Below are positions 14,988 to 25,734 of a stretch of DNA of 64,000 nucleotides, piece by piece. Position 1 is the stretch's first letter. Each line of letters starts with the position of its first letter. This DNA is from the human T2T-CHM13v2.0 reference genome, Homo sapiens: the NCBI RefSeq assembly GCF_009914755.1, contig NC_060929.1. One strand, given 5' to 3'. Made by a program: the position numbers and the translations under genes. Below the pieces are notes generated by a model that made no database searches, had not been told where the DNA came from, and saw nothing but the letters and a program-made list of their open reading frames with translations.

Positions 14988-15346
14988 TGTACTGGTCCAC
15001 TGTGTGCTGCTGTAATAGAGTATCATAGACTGGGTAATTTATAACAAACAGAAATGTATTTGGCTTATGGTTCTGGAGTCTGAGAAGTCCAAGATCAAGG
15101 GGCTGCATCTGGTGAGGGCCTTCTTGTTGTCTCAGGACATGGGGGCAGGCATCACATGGTGACAGAGGGCAAGAGGTCAGACTCACAGCCTCAAGTCCTT
15201 TTACAATAGGTAGGCATGGCTCCATTCGTGAGGGTGAAGCCCTCATGACCTAAACAGCTCCCCTACGCCCCACCTCTCAACATTATTGCATTGGGGATTA
15301 TGTTTCCAACACATGCTTGTGGGGGGAACACATTCAAACCACTGCA
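14988..15346 (-). mobile_element. MaLR LTR (MSTD-like)
   Basis: tgtactggtcca...agactgggtaatttataacaaacagaaatgtatttggc...acacattcaaaccactgca. Confidence 0.88.
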
Positions 15347-15944
15347 GGCTCCTGTGGTCTCTGAGCACAGTCCCAACAAAGACAACTTCTGCTCAGGCAG
15401 TCTGTCCCCAACTCTGCGAGGCACTGCCTCCACCCCAAGGGCTACGCAGCTGCACCAAGTCAGAGGGACCCCAAGGACGCATCAACCTCCAGCGCACGCG
15501 TGCCACAAGCAAAAGACAAGAAGAGAAGCCACAAACAGCCCAAAGGCACATTTACCGTCTTGCTGTATTTTTTTAATAATTGATTTTCCAGCATTGAAGA
15601 ATTAAGTTTCACACACAAAAACAAATGTTCATTTCCAGCTGCTTTTGAGCAATCCGTAGTCCTTACAATGCTGACCCAAGCCCTCATAACCATCGTCAGC
15701 TAGAGTTGGGTCAGGGCTGCTCTCTGCCAGTGGCATGGGTGTTAGTTTGTCCCAGTCCCACCACTCCCAGTGTTACTGCATCAGGCCCATCTTGCTATCT
15801 GCAATCCTGCTCTGGGTGTTTCAAGGTGCCTAGCAGAATGAGACTTGAGAGACAAAGGGAAAAAGTGAAACAGCCTACTAAAGTAATGACTGACATTTCC
15901 TTCATATCTCTTAACAAAAGTATTTTTAAAAGAAGCATCCCATC

Positions 15945-16306
15945 TGCATTGAACTGAATGTTTGTGTCCCCCCGCAAAATTTATGTGTTGAAATCCTTTC
16001 TCCAATGTGGTGGCATTAGAGGTAGGGCCTTTGGGTGGTGATTAGGTCATGAGGGTGAACCCTCTTGGATGTGATTAGTGCCATTATCAAAGGAACCTCA
16101 GAGAGTTCTCGAGCTCTCTTTCCCCCAACATGAGGACACAAGGAGATGGCCATCCACAACCTGGAAGAGGGCCCTCACCAGCACCCAGTTATGCTGGCAC
16201 CCTCATCTCCAACTTCTGGCCTCCAGAACTGTAAGAAATAAATTTCTACTGTTTGTAGGCCACCCGGTCTATGGTGTTAGAACAGAAGCCCCAAAGGACT
16301 AAAGCA
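15945..16306 (+). mobile_element. MLT1A-type MaLR LTR
   Basis: actgaatgtttgtgtccccc...gcctccagaactgtaagaaataaatttct...gactaaagca. Confidence 0.9.
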
Positions 16307-16369
16307 TGATCAGATTTCACTTCTGCAGCACTGAGCGATAAGCTATCAAAAAACATTTCTCCCCACCAG

Positions 16370-16660
16370 ATGCTCCCCTTCCTCTCTACCTCCAAACATC
16401 TGCCCATCTTCAGAAAGGCCCCAGGTCACCTCTTCTAGGATCCTTTTCCTGACCTTCAACCAGGAAGGGCTAATTCCTGGCCTGAGCCCCAACTCTGCCA
16501 GCTTCTGTCAGGGCACCTCAAACACATCCTTTGAGTGATTTTATTTCGTGTGTGTCTCTTGGCTCTGTAGACCACAAGCCCCCTGAGGAGAGCACTGTCA
16601 CACTCCCCTCCACAGTCCTCACCAAGTCTGTGAGTTCTTGATTCAATGATTAACTGATCA
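16370..16660 (+). mobile_element. L2 fragment
   Basis: gtcacctcttctaggatccttttcctgacc; tagaccacaagccccctgagg. Confidence 0.55.
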
Positions 16661-16799
16661 ATGAGCTCACACCCTTGTGGAATAGGCAGAGACATCAAAA
16701 ACCACTAAGATCCTTCCCAATATGAAACACCAGAAGAAGACAGCAGTACTCTATCTCCTGCCAAAGCTTTCTTGCCTTTTTCATGTGCATTCTGAGATT

Positions 16800-16980
16800 G
16801 AATCAGGAGTTTTACCCCTCATGCCACATGTGTAATAAATGTCATAATTTCTATGTTACAGATAAGAAAACTGAGGTACCCACTTAGGTACACACAGCTA
16901 TTAGAGGGAAGAGCTAGAAAATGAACCCATTCTCTGAGACTGCAAAGCCCCAGGGCCTTTCCACTATACCGCATTGCCTT
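16800..16980 (-). mobile_element. MIR
   Basis: ttacagataagaaaactgagg...cacacagcta. Confidence 0.8.
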
Positions 16981-17832
16981 TCATCAGGCATGGTTTCTGG
17001 GGCAGAATGAACATTTAACAGGTTTCCAGCAGTTAATTGCTACACAGTACAATTGAGGAGCTTAACAAAACAAAACCCCCATCTCAGGCCTGAAAGTTGT
17101 AGAGGACGCAGGTGATGCCTGCAGGTTTTTCTCCAAGCAGCCATTTCCTGATTGGGAAAATGCAATAATCCATTCTACATTCTCAAATGAGAAAAATTTA
17201 ACAGCATTATTGATTGATTTTAAAATTCAGCTGACATTTTTTTCCCTATTGAGAATTTTCCCAAACCAAGGCTGGTTCATTAGGACTCAACAAGTACAAT
17301 ATAATTAATTCAGGGACTGTTGTTCTAGCAGGTGGATTAACAGGAAGGTTTTTTCCCTCCTTTTATACAACTAACACCACATTTTATGAGTTTGGGGAAA
17401 GGTAATAAACATGTCTTTAAAATGGATTCGTTCGTGCTGAAAGAACCTCTTAAACACAGTATTAGAAAGCTGCAGTGCCCCATAATTGTAGGGAGAATTT
17501 TACCACCCTTCATCATTCACTACGATTCCCTCCAAAGGGTGGAGCACAACCCAGAATGGCTTTTGCTCCTTGGTTCTAGGGGCACAGAGTCCTGAGAGCC
17601 CTTTGTGAAGTCAGGGTGAAGCCAGAACACAAACTCATAGCCGACCCCAGCACTCAGTGAGGAAATGGAACCTACACAGTTCCTGACAGAACTGACTGAG
17701 CAGGAAGAAACGCTCTTTGTAGAGAACATACCACATACCTACTCCTTGGCCCTTTGCAAACATGATCTCTCCACAAATGGCCTACAAGACAGCTGTGATT
17801 AGACCCACTCTACAGATAAGAAAACAAAGGCT

Positions 17833-18382
17833 TATAAATCATTCTACTATAAAGACACATGCAAACATATGTTTACTGCGACACTGTTCACAATAGCAAA
17901 GACGTGGAACCAACCCAAATGCTCATTAATGATAGACTGGATAAAGAAAATGTGGCACATATACACCATGGAATACTATACAGCCATAAAAAAGGATGAG
18001 TTCATGTCCTTTGCAGGGACCTGGATGAAGCTGGAAACCATCATTCTCAGCAAACTAACACAAGAACAGAAAACCAAACACTGCATGTTCTCACTCATAA
18101 GTGGGAGTTGAACAATGAGAACATGTGAACACAGGGAAGGGAGCATCACATACTGGGGCCTGTTGGGGGATGGGGAACTAGGGGAGGGATAGCATTAGGA
18201 GAAACACCTAATGTAGATGACGGGTTGATGTTTGCAGCAAACCATCATGGCACATGTATACCTATGTAACAACCCTGCACATTCTGCACATGTGCCCCAG
18301 AACTTAAAGTATAATAATAATAAAAAAACACTGAAAACAGATGAAAAGTAAAGACACATGAAAGTAAAAAAAAAAAAAAAAA
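17833..18382 (+). mobile_element. 5'-truncated L1PA (PA6-PA8-like) inserted in a minus-strand MIR, with extra 3' sequence
   Basis: ORF2 C-terminus (MFTATLFTIAKTWNQPKC...ISGS) plus 3'UTR; 15-bp TSD aagaaaacaaaggct at 17818-17832 and 18381-18395; MIR halves ~17770-17832 and 18396-18495. Confidence 0.95.
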
Positions 18383-18744
18383 GAAAACAAAGGCTAGATA
18401 AGTCAAATGACTCAAATGTATACAATAAGCTTATGGGAGAGGCAAGATTTGATTTGAGCACTTTCAACTCTTGCTCTTTCCTCTACAGCTCACAGTGTCC
18501 CATAGGATTCTGTAGGAAGAGACTTCTTTGGCCTTTTTTCTTTTTATTCTGAGCCCTCTCCACCCTCGATAGTTAAAAGGCCCATTTAATTCCATTGGTT
18601 TTATTTCAGTTACAATATATTCATAACTCATTAGCCAAACTGTAACCTTTGAAATAAGAGCATCATGCTTCAAATTTTTCATTTTTCCTTTATGAGAAAA
18701 CATATATGGAAAACTATTCTGCCTGAACTTAACTACCACAGCTC

Positions 18745-18900
18745 CCAAGGACTTCAGCAACTATCTCATCTACCCTTTTTATTTCAGAGATGGGTGAACT
18801 AAAGTCCAGAAAGGACATGTGATTTGCCCAAAGTTGCACATTTTAACAGTGGCAGAGCCATGTCCCACCTCAGCCCTCCTCCTGGCATCCCGCACTCTTC
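18745..18900 (-). mobile_element. MIR
   Basis: agatgggtgaactaaagtccagaaaggacatgtgatttgcccaaagt. Confidence 0.7.
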
Positions 18901-18939
18901 AGGCCAAGCAGTTTACATTTAAAAATACTAAGAAAAAGC

Positions 18940-19310
18940 AGCCCCAATAGCAAAACAGATGGAGTCAAGAGAAACATCCATCAGTGGGGGAATAATTGAA
19001 TTAATTGTGATATATTAATACAATAGAATAGCACAATAGAAAATAATTCATTAGATCTACAACTATCAAAAAAGTTACCTCAAAAGCAATGTTAAGTGGA
19101 ATAAACAGATTAGAGAGGGAAACATTAATTTCTATTGTAAAATATATAATGTAACATTGCCTGTATACATATACATGACATAAAAACATAAGGACATGAA
19201 CAGAAAAGCAAATTGATGATATGGTCACCTTTAGAGAAAAGAAAATGGGAAAGAAGAAGGGGCACCCATGAGATTCAAATTTTATAGCTGATGTTTTATT
19301 CTCTAAAATA
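18940..19310 (+). mobile_element. L1MC/ME 3' fragment
   Basis: acatccatcagtgggggaataattgaattaattgtgatatatt...caatagaata. Confidence 0.65.
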
Positions 19311-21554
19311 AGCAAACAGGCAAAGGCAGACAAAGACAAAAGAGAAAACATTCAATTTGATCAAACATCAAGGCAGAGAGACTGAGTTAAAGTAGGAGCA
19401 CACTAATATTTGAATTAATAGCTTTCTGTTTCTTCCCTGGAGTACTGAATTAGAATGTTTAAAAATCAATACTCCAAACTTTTTTTAAATAGGACTATCT
19501 TATTGTCACAATGAAGAAACAGAAGAAAAGATGGCAGTGGGAACAGGCTAATTAGGCTGGAGCCGAGTGTGCGTGTCTGGGGCAGAGAGCAGGTTAATGT
19601 GAATAAGATGAGTAGTTGCTGTTGGGGAAAGCATATTCCTAATTATGTGGAAAAGGCAAAGGTGAGAGGGAGAAACCAACCAGACCAAACATGAGCGAGC
19701 CAGGAGAAAAGTATTAAGATGCTTCCCACAAACGAGGCCAGCTGCCTCTGAAAATCCACAGCTCCAGGGATCAGATAAGGTGAACAAATTCTTAAAAAAA
19801 CTGAAAAACTTTCAAGGCCCTATAAATGCTAATCAGAGGTTCTTTTAGGGTGAGGCTAAACTCCACATTATGAAGAAAGCTATGGGGACTTAAGATTTCT
19901 ATTAAGCCTATTATGTAAATTTTCAGATTAATCTAGAGAAGGAAAACTCCCCTTCTATGGAAGATTTTTAGAAATAAGCAATCTTGACTCCCCAGACACC
20001 CTTTAAGACCTTGGCAAAACACAAATGCTGTGATAATCCACTGGGCTGGTGGTTCCAGAAACACAGCTGGAACATGAAAAGAACTCCCTCCTTTTGAGTT
20101 TTAGAATTTTTGCCTCAAAATAGTTCAGGGCTTTGGTCAGGATTTGAGTTTGTCAGGATCTTGGTATAATAGACTGGAAGTCAAAGGGTGAGGTCTTTCT
20201 TTTCTTCTATTCACGAGAACAGCATGAGTGAAAGGGGCCCCTGACTCTTTGAGTTTTATTTTTATCTGGAGATCAATTTCTACAAGTTCACATGCTGCTT
20301 TGAAGATCACCAGCAACATCTGAGGTTTATCTACAGCCAGTCTGCTCTGGAAGAATGATTAGTATTCACTCCAGAATAAAAAGCATCATCTTTAAAACCA
20401 ATGTCTATACACTTTATCTAAAGCGTTCATTGATTCCACTTTAAAGGAACCCACTTGTCTCAGGAAAGTCCCATGCTAAATCTCTCCAGCCATTAGTCCT
20501 ACAGTGGCTTGTCTCCTCTAGTGGAACTTCATAGCCAAATAAATTGGGGAGGTTCTTTCCTGAGTGCACCCTGGCTCCAGCAGAGAACCTGTTAGTGTTC
20601 CATCACTTTGAGACAACTTCATGTAATCAGAATTTTATTCTAAAGTAGTATAGTGGTTATATACATAAATTACCTTCCAAACCCTCCAGTGCACAAAAAA
20701 TCCTTTTGTTCAGCAAAAGTACTATAAATAAGTTTCCATTTTCTTCTTCTAAAAGAACTAGTCAGGAAGCTTTGAAACACCTTGTTAGAATTCACTTTGC
20801 TGTATATTCACCCCCTATTCAATGAATCCCCAAAGCATTACCTTTATTTTATTTTTACAACAGCTTTGTGGTTCAATAAATTCTATCTTTCATTCCCCTC
20901 CAGACCCTCATCAAGTCATCTCACTTAAAGGCAAAAGATACAATCTTTGTGACAATACCTTTATTATTTGCATTGAAGGTAATTGTTACCAGCAAGTGTT
21001 GGTTGTACAGCATCAGGGAGCCTGGTCCACATACCAAAGGCACAGACTGCATAAGGCCAAGGCATAGCAAAAAACATCACCTCAACTAAAACTGACCTGT
21101 CACCTGTATAAACACTTGACATATTAAGGATTTCCCTGTTACCCAGACCAACTCTACTCACTTCCCTACCCCCCAGTAGGACCTTGGATGGATGTCTCTG
21201 AGGACTGATAACTGGGAGTGTCCCCCAAGAGACGTCTTCCTTAGTGTTGTCCCTATTATCCAGTTCAGTGCATTTAAACATCAGGCATTTGGTAACTGCT
21301 TATGGAATGAAGGAAGGAATGAACACATTAAGAGCCTGAACCTCTTCAGCTCCAATAATGGGGATCTGGAGTGTACCAGTACGATGCCCCAACACTAGTT
21401 AAGACAAGCCCGTGTCAGTGTAGCTCCGAGAGCTTCAGAGCATCACAACTTGGAAGGCCACCAGAAAGGAACAAAAGGAGAAGGGAATAAAACCAGAGTG
21501 GAATGGGAAGAAAGACACCAGGAGAGGCTGCTAAATAGGAAGAGAATGAAAACA

Positions 21555-21775
21555 ATCAATGACTTGCTGATCACTTGTCAAGCACTTCCTATATGCCAGG
21601 CATATTAATTCACTTCATCTTCTCAGTGCTATTGTTGAAAGTACTTATCATTATTGCCATTTTCAGATAGGAAGATTTAGAATCAGAGAAGTTAAGCTAC
21701 TTTCCCAGGATCACACAGCTAGTAACTGACAGAGTCAAATTCTAAACTTGGAGAATCTGACTCCAAACCCTAAGA
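21555..21775 (-). mobile_element. MIR (L2 tail just upstream, ~21220-21323)
   Basis: tcagagaagttaagctactttcccaggatcacacagctagtaa. Confidence 0.8.
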
Positions 21776-21784
21776 CCCCAGACT

Positions 21785-22060
21785 GCACTTACCAAAGTGT
21801 ATCATGCCAAATACATTACCTCCTCTGAGTATCTGATAGGTGTGTAGTGGAAAAAAATTGAAAATATGGTCACAGGCAAATTTGGAAAATGATAGGTTAA
21901 ATGGGTTTCTTTACTGAAAGACGCCTCAGAGTTTTTTAAGTTGATAATGAGCATGTGAATCTTCAAGAGATGAGGGTATATGTGTGTCCCTTATTTGACC
22001 ATCAATGGTTTTCTTGGGGAAGCATCTTGCTGACCCAGATCCCCACTGAGAAGCACTAAC
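21785..22060 (+). mobile_element. MER103C-like hAT element
   Basis: gggtttctttactgaaagacgcctcagag...tgtgaatcttcaagag...cttatttgacca. Confidence 0.65.
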
Positions 22061-22939
22061 CTCATATGCGCTCCTGAGTTTGTCAGGCGCCAGTTAAGGG
22101 AAGGTGCTGGCAAGGCAAAGTGGCAGAGGCAACCAAAAGCTCTGGAATCACCCCAGAGCTCTGCAGCCTCAGCCAGCCCTCTGAAGGTCCATCCGGGGGC
22201 CTTCATTTCTCCTGACTATGCAAGATAAGAAACCCATTTGCATTGGCCCATGGCTCTCTCAAACTGTGCAGTCTGCCCAACTCTCTCTGCACAGTGTCTT
22301 TCTTTGTGGACTTCACAAGCGAAATTTCTCACCTGAGTTAATCATTGCCTTCAATTCTGAACTCCTGTCCATCCTTTCTGTGAGGAGATTTGGCATTAAA
22401 TCATTACAAGACAAAAGGATATACTACTTATGCCACTTTACCCTAATCTCAGGAAGAATTCTTAGAAAAGTCTGAAGTTGATGGCCATTATACTCCACTG
22501 ACAGAAACATTAAAGATTCACTTAAAGATAACAAGTTAAAGACATTCTGAGTCTCATCATTGGAGAGCACCAGGTGAGATACTTTTCTTCTAACTGCCTT
22601 AGAGTCAATTACATGATGATAGCACTCGCTCCATGAAGCCCTGTTGTTCAAAGTTCAGTAAATATCTTTAAGCAGAGAAGCAATTACAGCTAAGTAACTA
22701 TTTCTTGAATACTTTGAGTCTTCTAACTATTCACCACACCAACACGACAATCAGAAGCTGCATGGGCATTTCAGAGGTCAAGCTGGAGAGCTGAATTGAT
22801 AAGTCTGACCACCGGTGACAGCCAGAGCCCAGGGCTCCAAGGCAATGAATGATGCCATGAAGAAGTTACCCAAGAGTCCTAGAGGAGTGACATCATTTAG
22901 CAAGTATGTTTTTGGGTTCCTAATTATAGCTGTTGTCAC

Positions 22940-23270
22940 CAAACCAAATTCTCTAAAATACTGCCCTCATCATGTCACTCGCCTGCTCAAAGACTTTCTA
23001 TGGCACCCCACTGCCAAGAAAACAAAGTTCAAATTTGGCTGATTGGTATGGAATGTCCCCTCAACCCATTTCAAATCCACCTTTCTGACTACACTATTAC
23101 CAGAATTCTCTATGCTGGGCCTTCCTTCCCCTCCTCTCCCTCTATATTCCAAGCCTACTCCACACCCACCTCCATCATGAAGCCCCTTCCATCCCCATCC
23201 TAAACCATATTTGTCATCTGAAACTCTGAAGACACTCTTCAACAAGTTCCATTTCTACAAACTAAAACTT
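22940..23270 (+). mobile_element. L2 fragment
   Basis: catcatgtcactcgcctgctcaaagactttctatggcaccccactgcc. Confidence 0.7.
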
Positions 23271-24479
23271 TTCCCTAACCACAAACCCATTTTAACTATG
23301 TTTGATTCTTTTTTCAGCTGAGGAGAGGAAATGACTCCTCTCTTTGGCTGTCATCTTCCACTGGAGTTCAGTAATTCTCCTAGTTTCTGGAAGATGAAAC
23401 GCTCTACATCTTCCATGCCTGTGGTTTATATTTCACCAAGTGGTGTCAGCGCTGACAGAGTAACCTCCCATTTTTATTGAGCCGCACACAATGTAATTGA
23501 TGACATCTGCTGGGGCTGATATTTTAAGTGAAGGCTATTCTCAGCTCTGCCTGTGCTCCTCATGGTTCTGTATATAAATAGCCAACGGCAGCTACCCCTG
23601 AGGTACAAAGTGGGGATACTCAGCTAAGGTCCTTAATTATATCCCATAAAGTCATAAGGTTTTCTGGGAGGGTTAATCTGAGCAGACCCAGTTTTCAAGC
23701 CTGCAGAGCTAGAAAAAGAGAACAGGATGGGGCTCTGCTGAATATAGCTGCCATCATTCCTAGGAGAGAAAAATCCTCGTTTGAACTGTTTACCTGCTCA
23801 GGTTTAAAGACGGTGATTTTGTGGTTCCCAAAATTTCTGTGTTAACTCCCAAACCAAGGGAAGCTATCATTTATATCCCAAGTGGCAAATGACACCTACC
23901 TTGATGTATTCCTTCTCCAATATGCATTAGTAAAAGTAAAAATGTCTTCCCTCGGGAGAGTGTATTCATTTGCAAGCTTTGGCAAAGAGTAATTTTTGAC
24001 AGTTATTTAGGCAACATTTGATCCTTATAGCACAAGAACCTATTTCTAGTTCTTAGCTAAAAAGAATCAGTTCACAGTGACTGTCAATTGAGTTACCTTT
24101 GCAAGCAAAAGCCTGGTAGGGTTGTTTGCAGAAGGGCTTGTTTATCAGGCACAGACAGGGAATTTGTTGCTCTTTAACTACCAGTATTCTTCATAGATAA
24201 AGTTTTATCCTATTAAAAAGTTTTAAAATGTTTGATCACTTTTAATAAAACATTTCTAAACTAAGTTACAAATGCCTTCATATGCTTTTGAGTGAATCAT
24301 TGTGATGATTCAGTCATTGTTAGGATTGTAGAAGAATAATTCCGTTACCACTCTAAGGCTGCTAAGATATGTATAGTCCAGATAGAGCCTCCAAAGGAAG
24401 GTTTTGCTGGACACCTTGCCCTTTACAAAAACATATACAGTTCTCCATCTGTAGATTCACATGCTTCCCTGAACACACC

Positions 24480-24662
24480 TGCATCACAGCCATTAACAGA
24501 TCCCACCACAATTATTGACTGATTTATTTCCCTACTCCCCACTCTGAGCTCCTGTAGGGTAGGCACCACAGCATTTTTCTCTATCCCCAGTACCTGGCTT
24601 GGTGCTTGTGCATACAGCGAAAGCTCAATAAATGTTTGAGAATGCTAGCATGCATGAATGAA
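24480..24662 (+). mobile_element. L2 3' end (followed by a minus-strand MIR remnant to ~24790)
   Basis: ctgagctcctgtagggtagg...gctcaataaatgtttg...gaatgaa. Confidence 0.75.
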
Positions 24663-25688
24663 AAAATTGTTACACTACTTCAAAGCCTATGATAAATGTA
24701 TATATGGCAATTTTAATACCATTTTTGCTTACGAGAAAACCAGAGTCCAGAGGTAGTGACCCATTAAACTGACCAAGCAGAGGGCAGAAAGGAGCACCTT
24801 CCTCCATGTCACATGTCAATGCCTCCCTCGATTTCTTCGTATCAAGTTGACCATCATGATCACATCGAATACTCACATTACAGAACTGAAGCTGATTCTC
24901 AGAAGAATGAACACTTTGAGATGTGGTAGGTAATACTGTTTCATTGTGTTTTGGCATTAATTCCATATGAACATATGAAGTGCAATCTACCATCATTTTC
25001 AACAGCACCACACATGGAACAACGGGGGAAGGGATGTGATTCATGGCAGGTCCTCACTGTGTCTTAAATAACTCACAGGAGGACACTGTTAGTGATTTAC
25101 AACAGCTATCATGAGAGACTGGTTTGATGCTTGCTGGGGGAATGGGGGTGGAGAAAGCCTTCTGTGGGCCATGCTTAAACCCAAGTAGTCATCGAGCTAA
25201 CTCTGAAACAGGCTTCTATTTAGAAACCATGAAGAAGTTATTTAACAAATAAAATCGCAGTACCCTTGACAGTCTCCCAGGATTAACCTTTTTCTAGAAA
25301 GAAAGTTTCATTGTTATGGCTCATGTGAATTAGGGAAGCATCTCCAGGCATAGTCTGTTCCATGAATGAAAGCACTGCATTCAGCCCCACAATTCACCAT
25401 GTTAATTTGATAATCAAATTTCACTTTTTTTTTTAAAACAAAACGAATCAATGATTATATTGGTCAAGCCAATTAAAAGAAATTGTTTAAATCAGCCCTA
25501 GATATAACCTCAGACAAATAACCAATTTGATAAAATAATTTCTATCACCCCAGTCAATTCAGTCCCCAAAGTCAATAAAATAACACCGCTAGCTGGCCCT
25601 TGTGGGAACATTAACTCAGCATGCAAGGAAGGAAAAATGAGACCACATTTACCACAGACTATACAGCAAGAAATATTGCATCCATTAC

Positions 25689-25734
25689 CTTGGTCAAAGG
25701 GCTTGTTGGGATTCCAGTTTCTGAAATAATCATC
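25689..25734 (-). CDS. SPOCK1: SPOCK1 internal coding exon (46 nt, phase 0 in, phase 1 out): DDYFRNWNPNKPFDQ-(A)
   Basis: Minus strand ttttctattttttccttatatAG|GATGATTATTTCAGAAACTGGAATCCCAACAAGCCCTTTGACCAAG|GTaatg, with branch-point-like ctctgac at 25763-25769. The peptide matches testican-1 ...WNRFRD-DDYFRNWNPNKPFDQ-ALDPSKDPC... Confidence 0.97.

Noticed and set aside
17869-18111. 80-aa ORF
   Set aside because: C-terminal remnant of L1 ORF2p in a truncated element, not a gene
24670-25044. 124-aa minus-strand ORF with an internal AAT|GTGAGT donor
   Set aside because: The donor falls in phase 0, incompatible with the phase-1 downstream SPOCK1 exon; the ORF tail is MIR-derived; no homology
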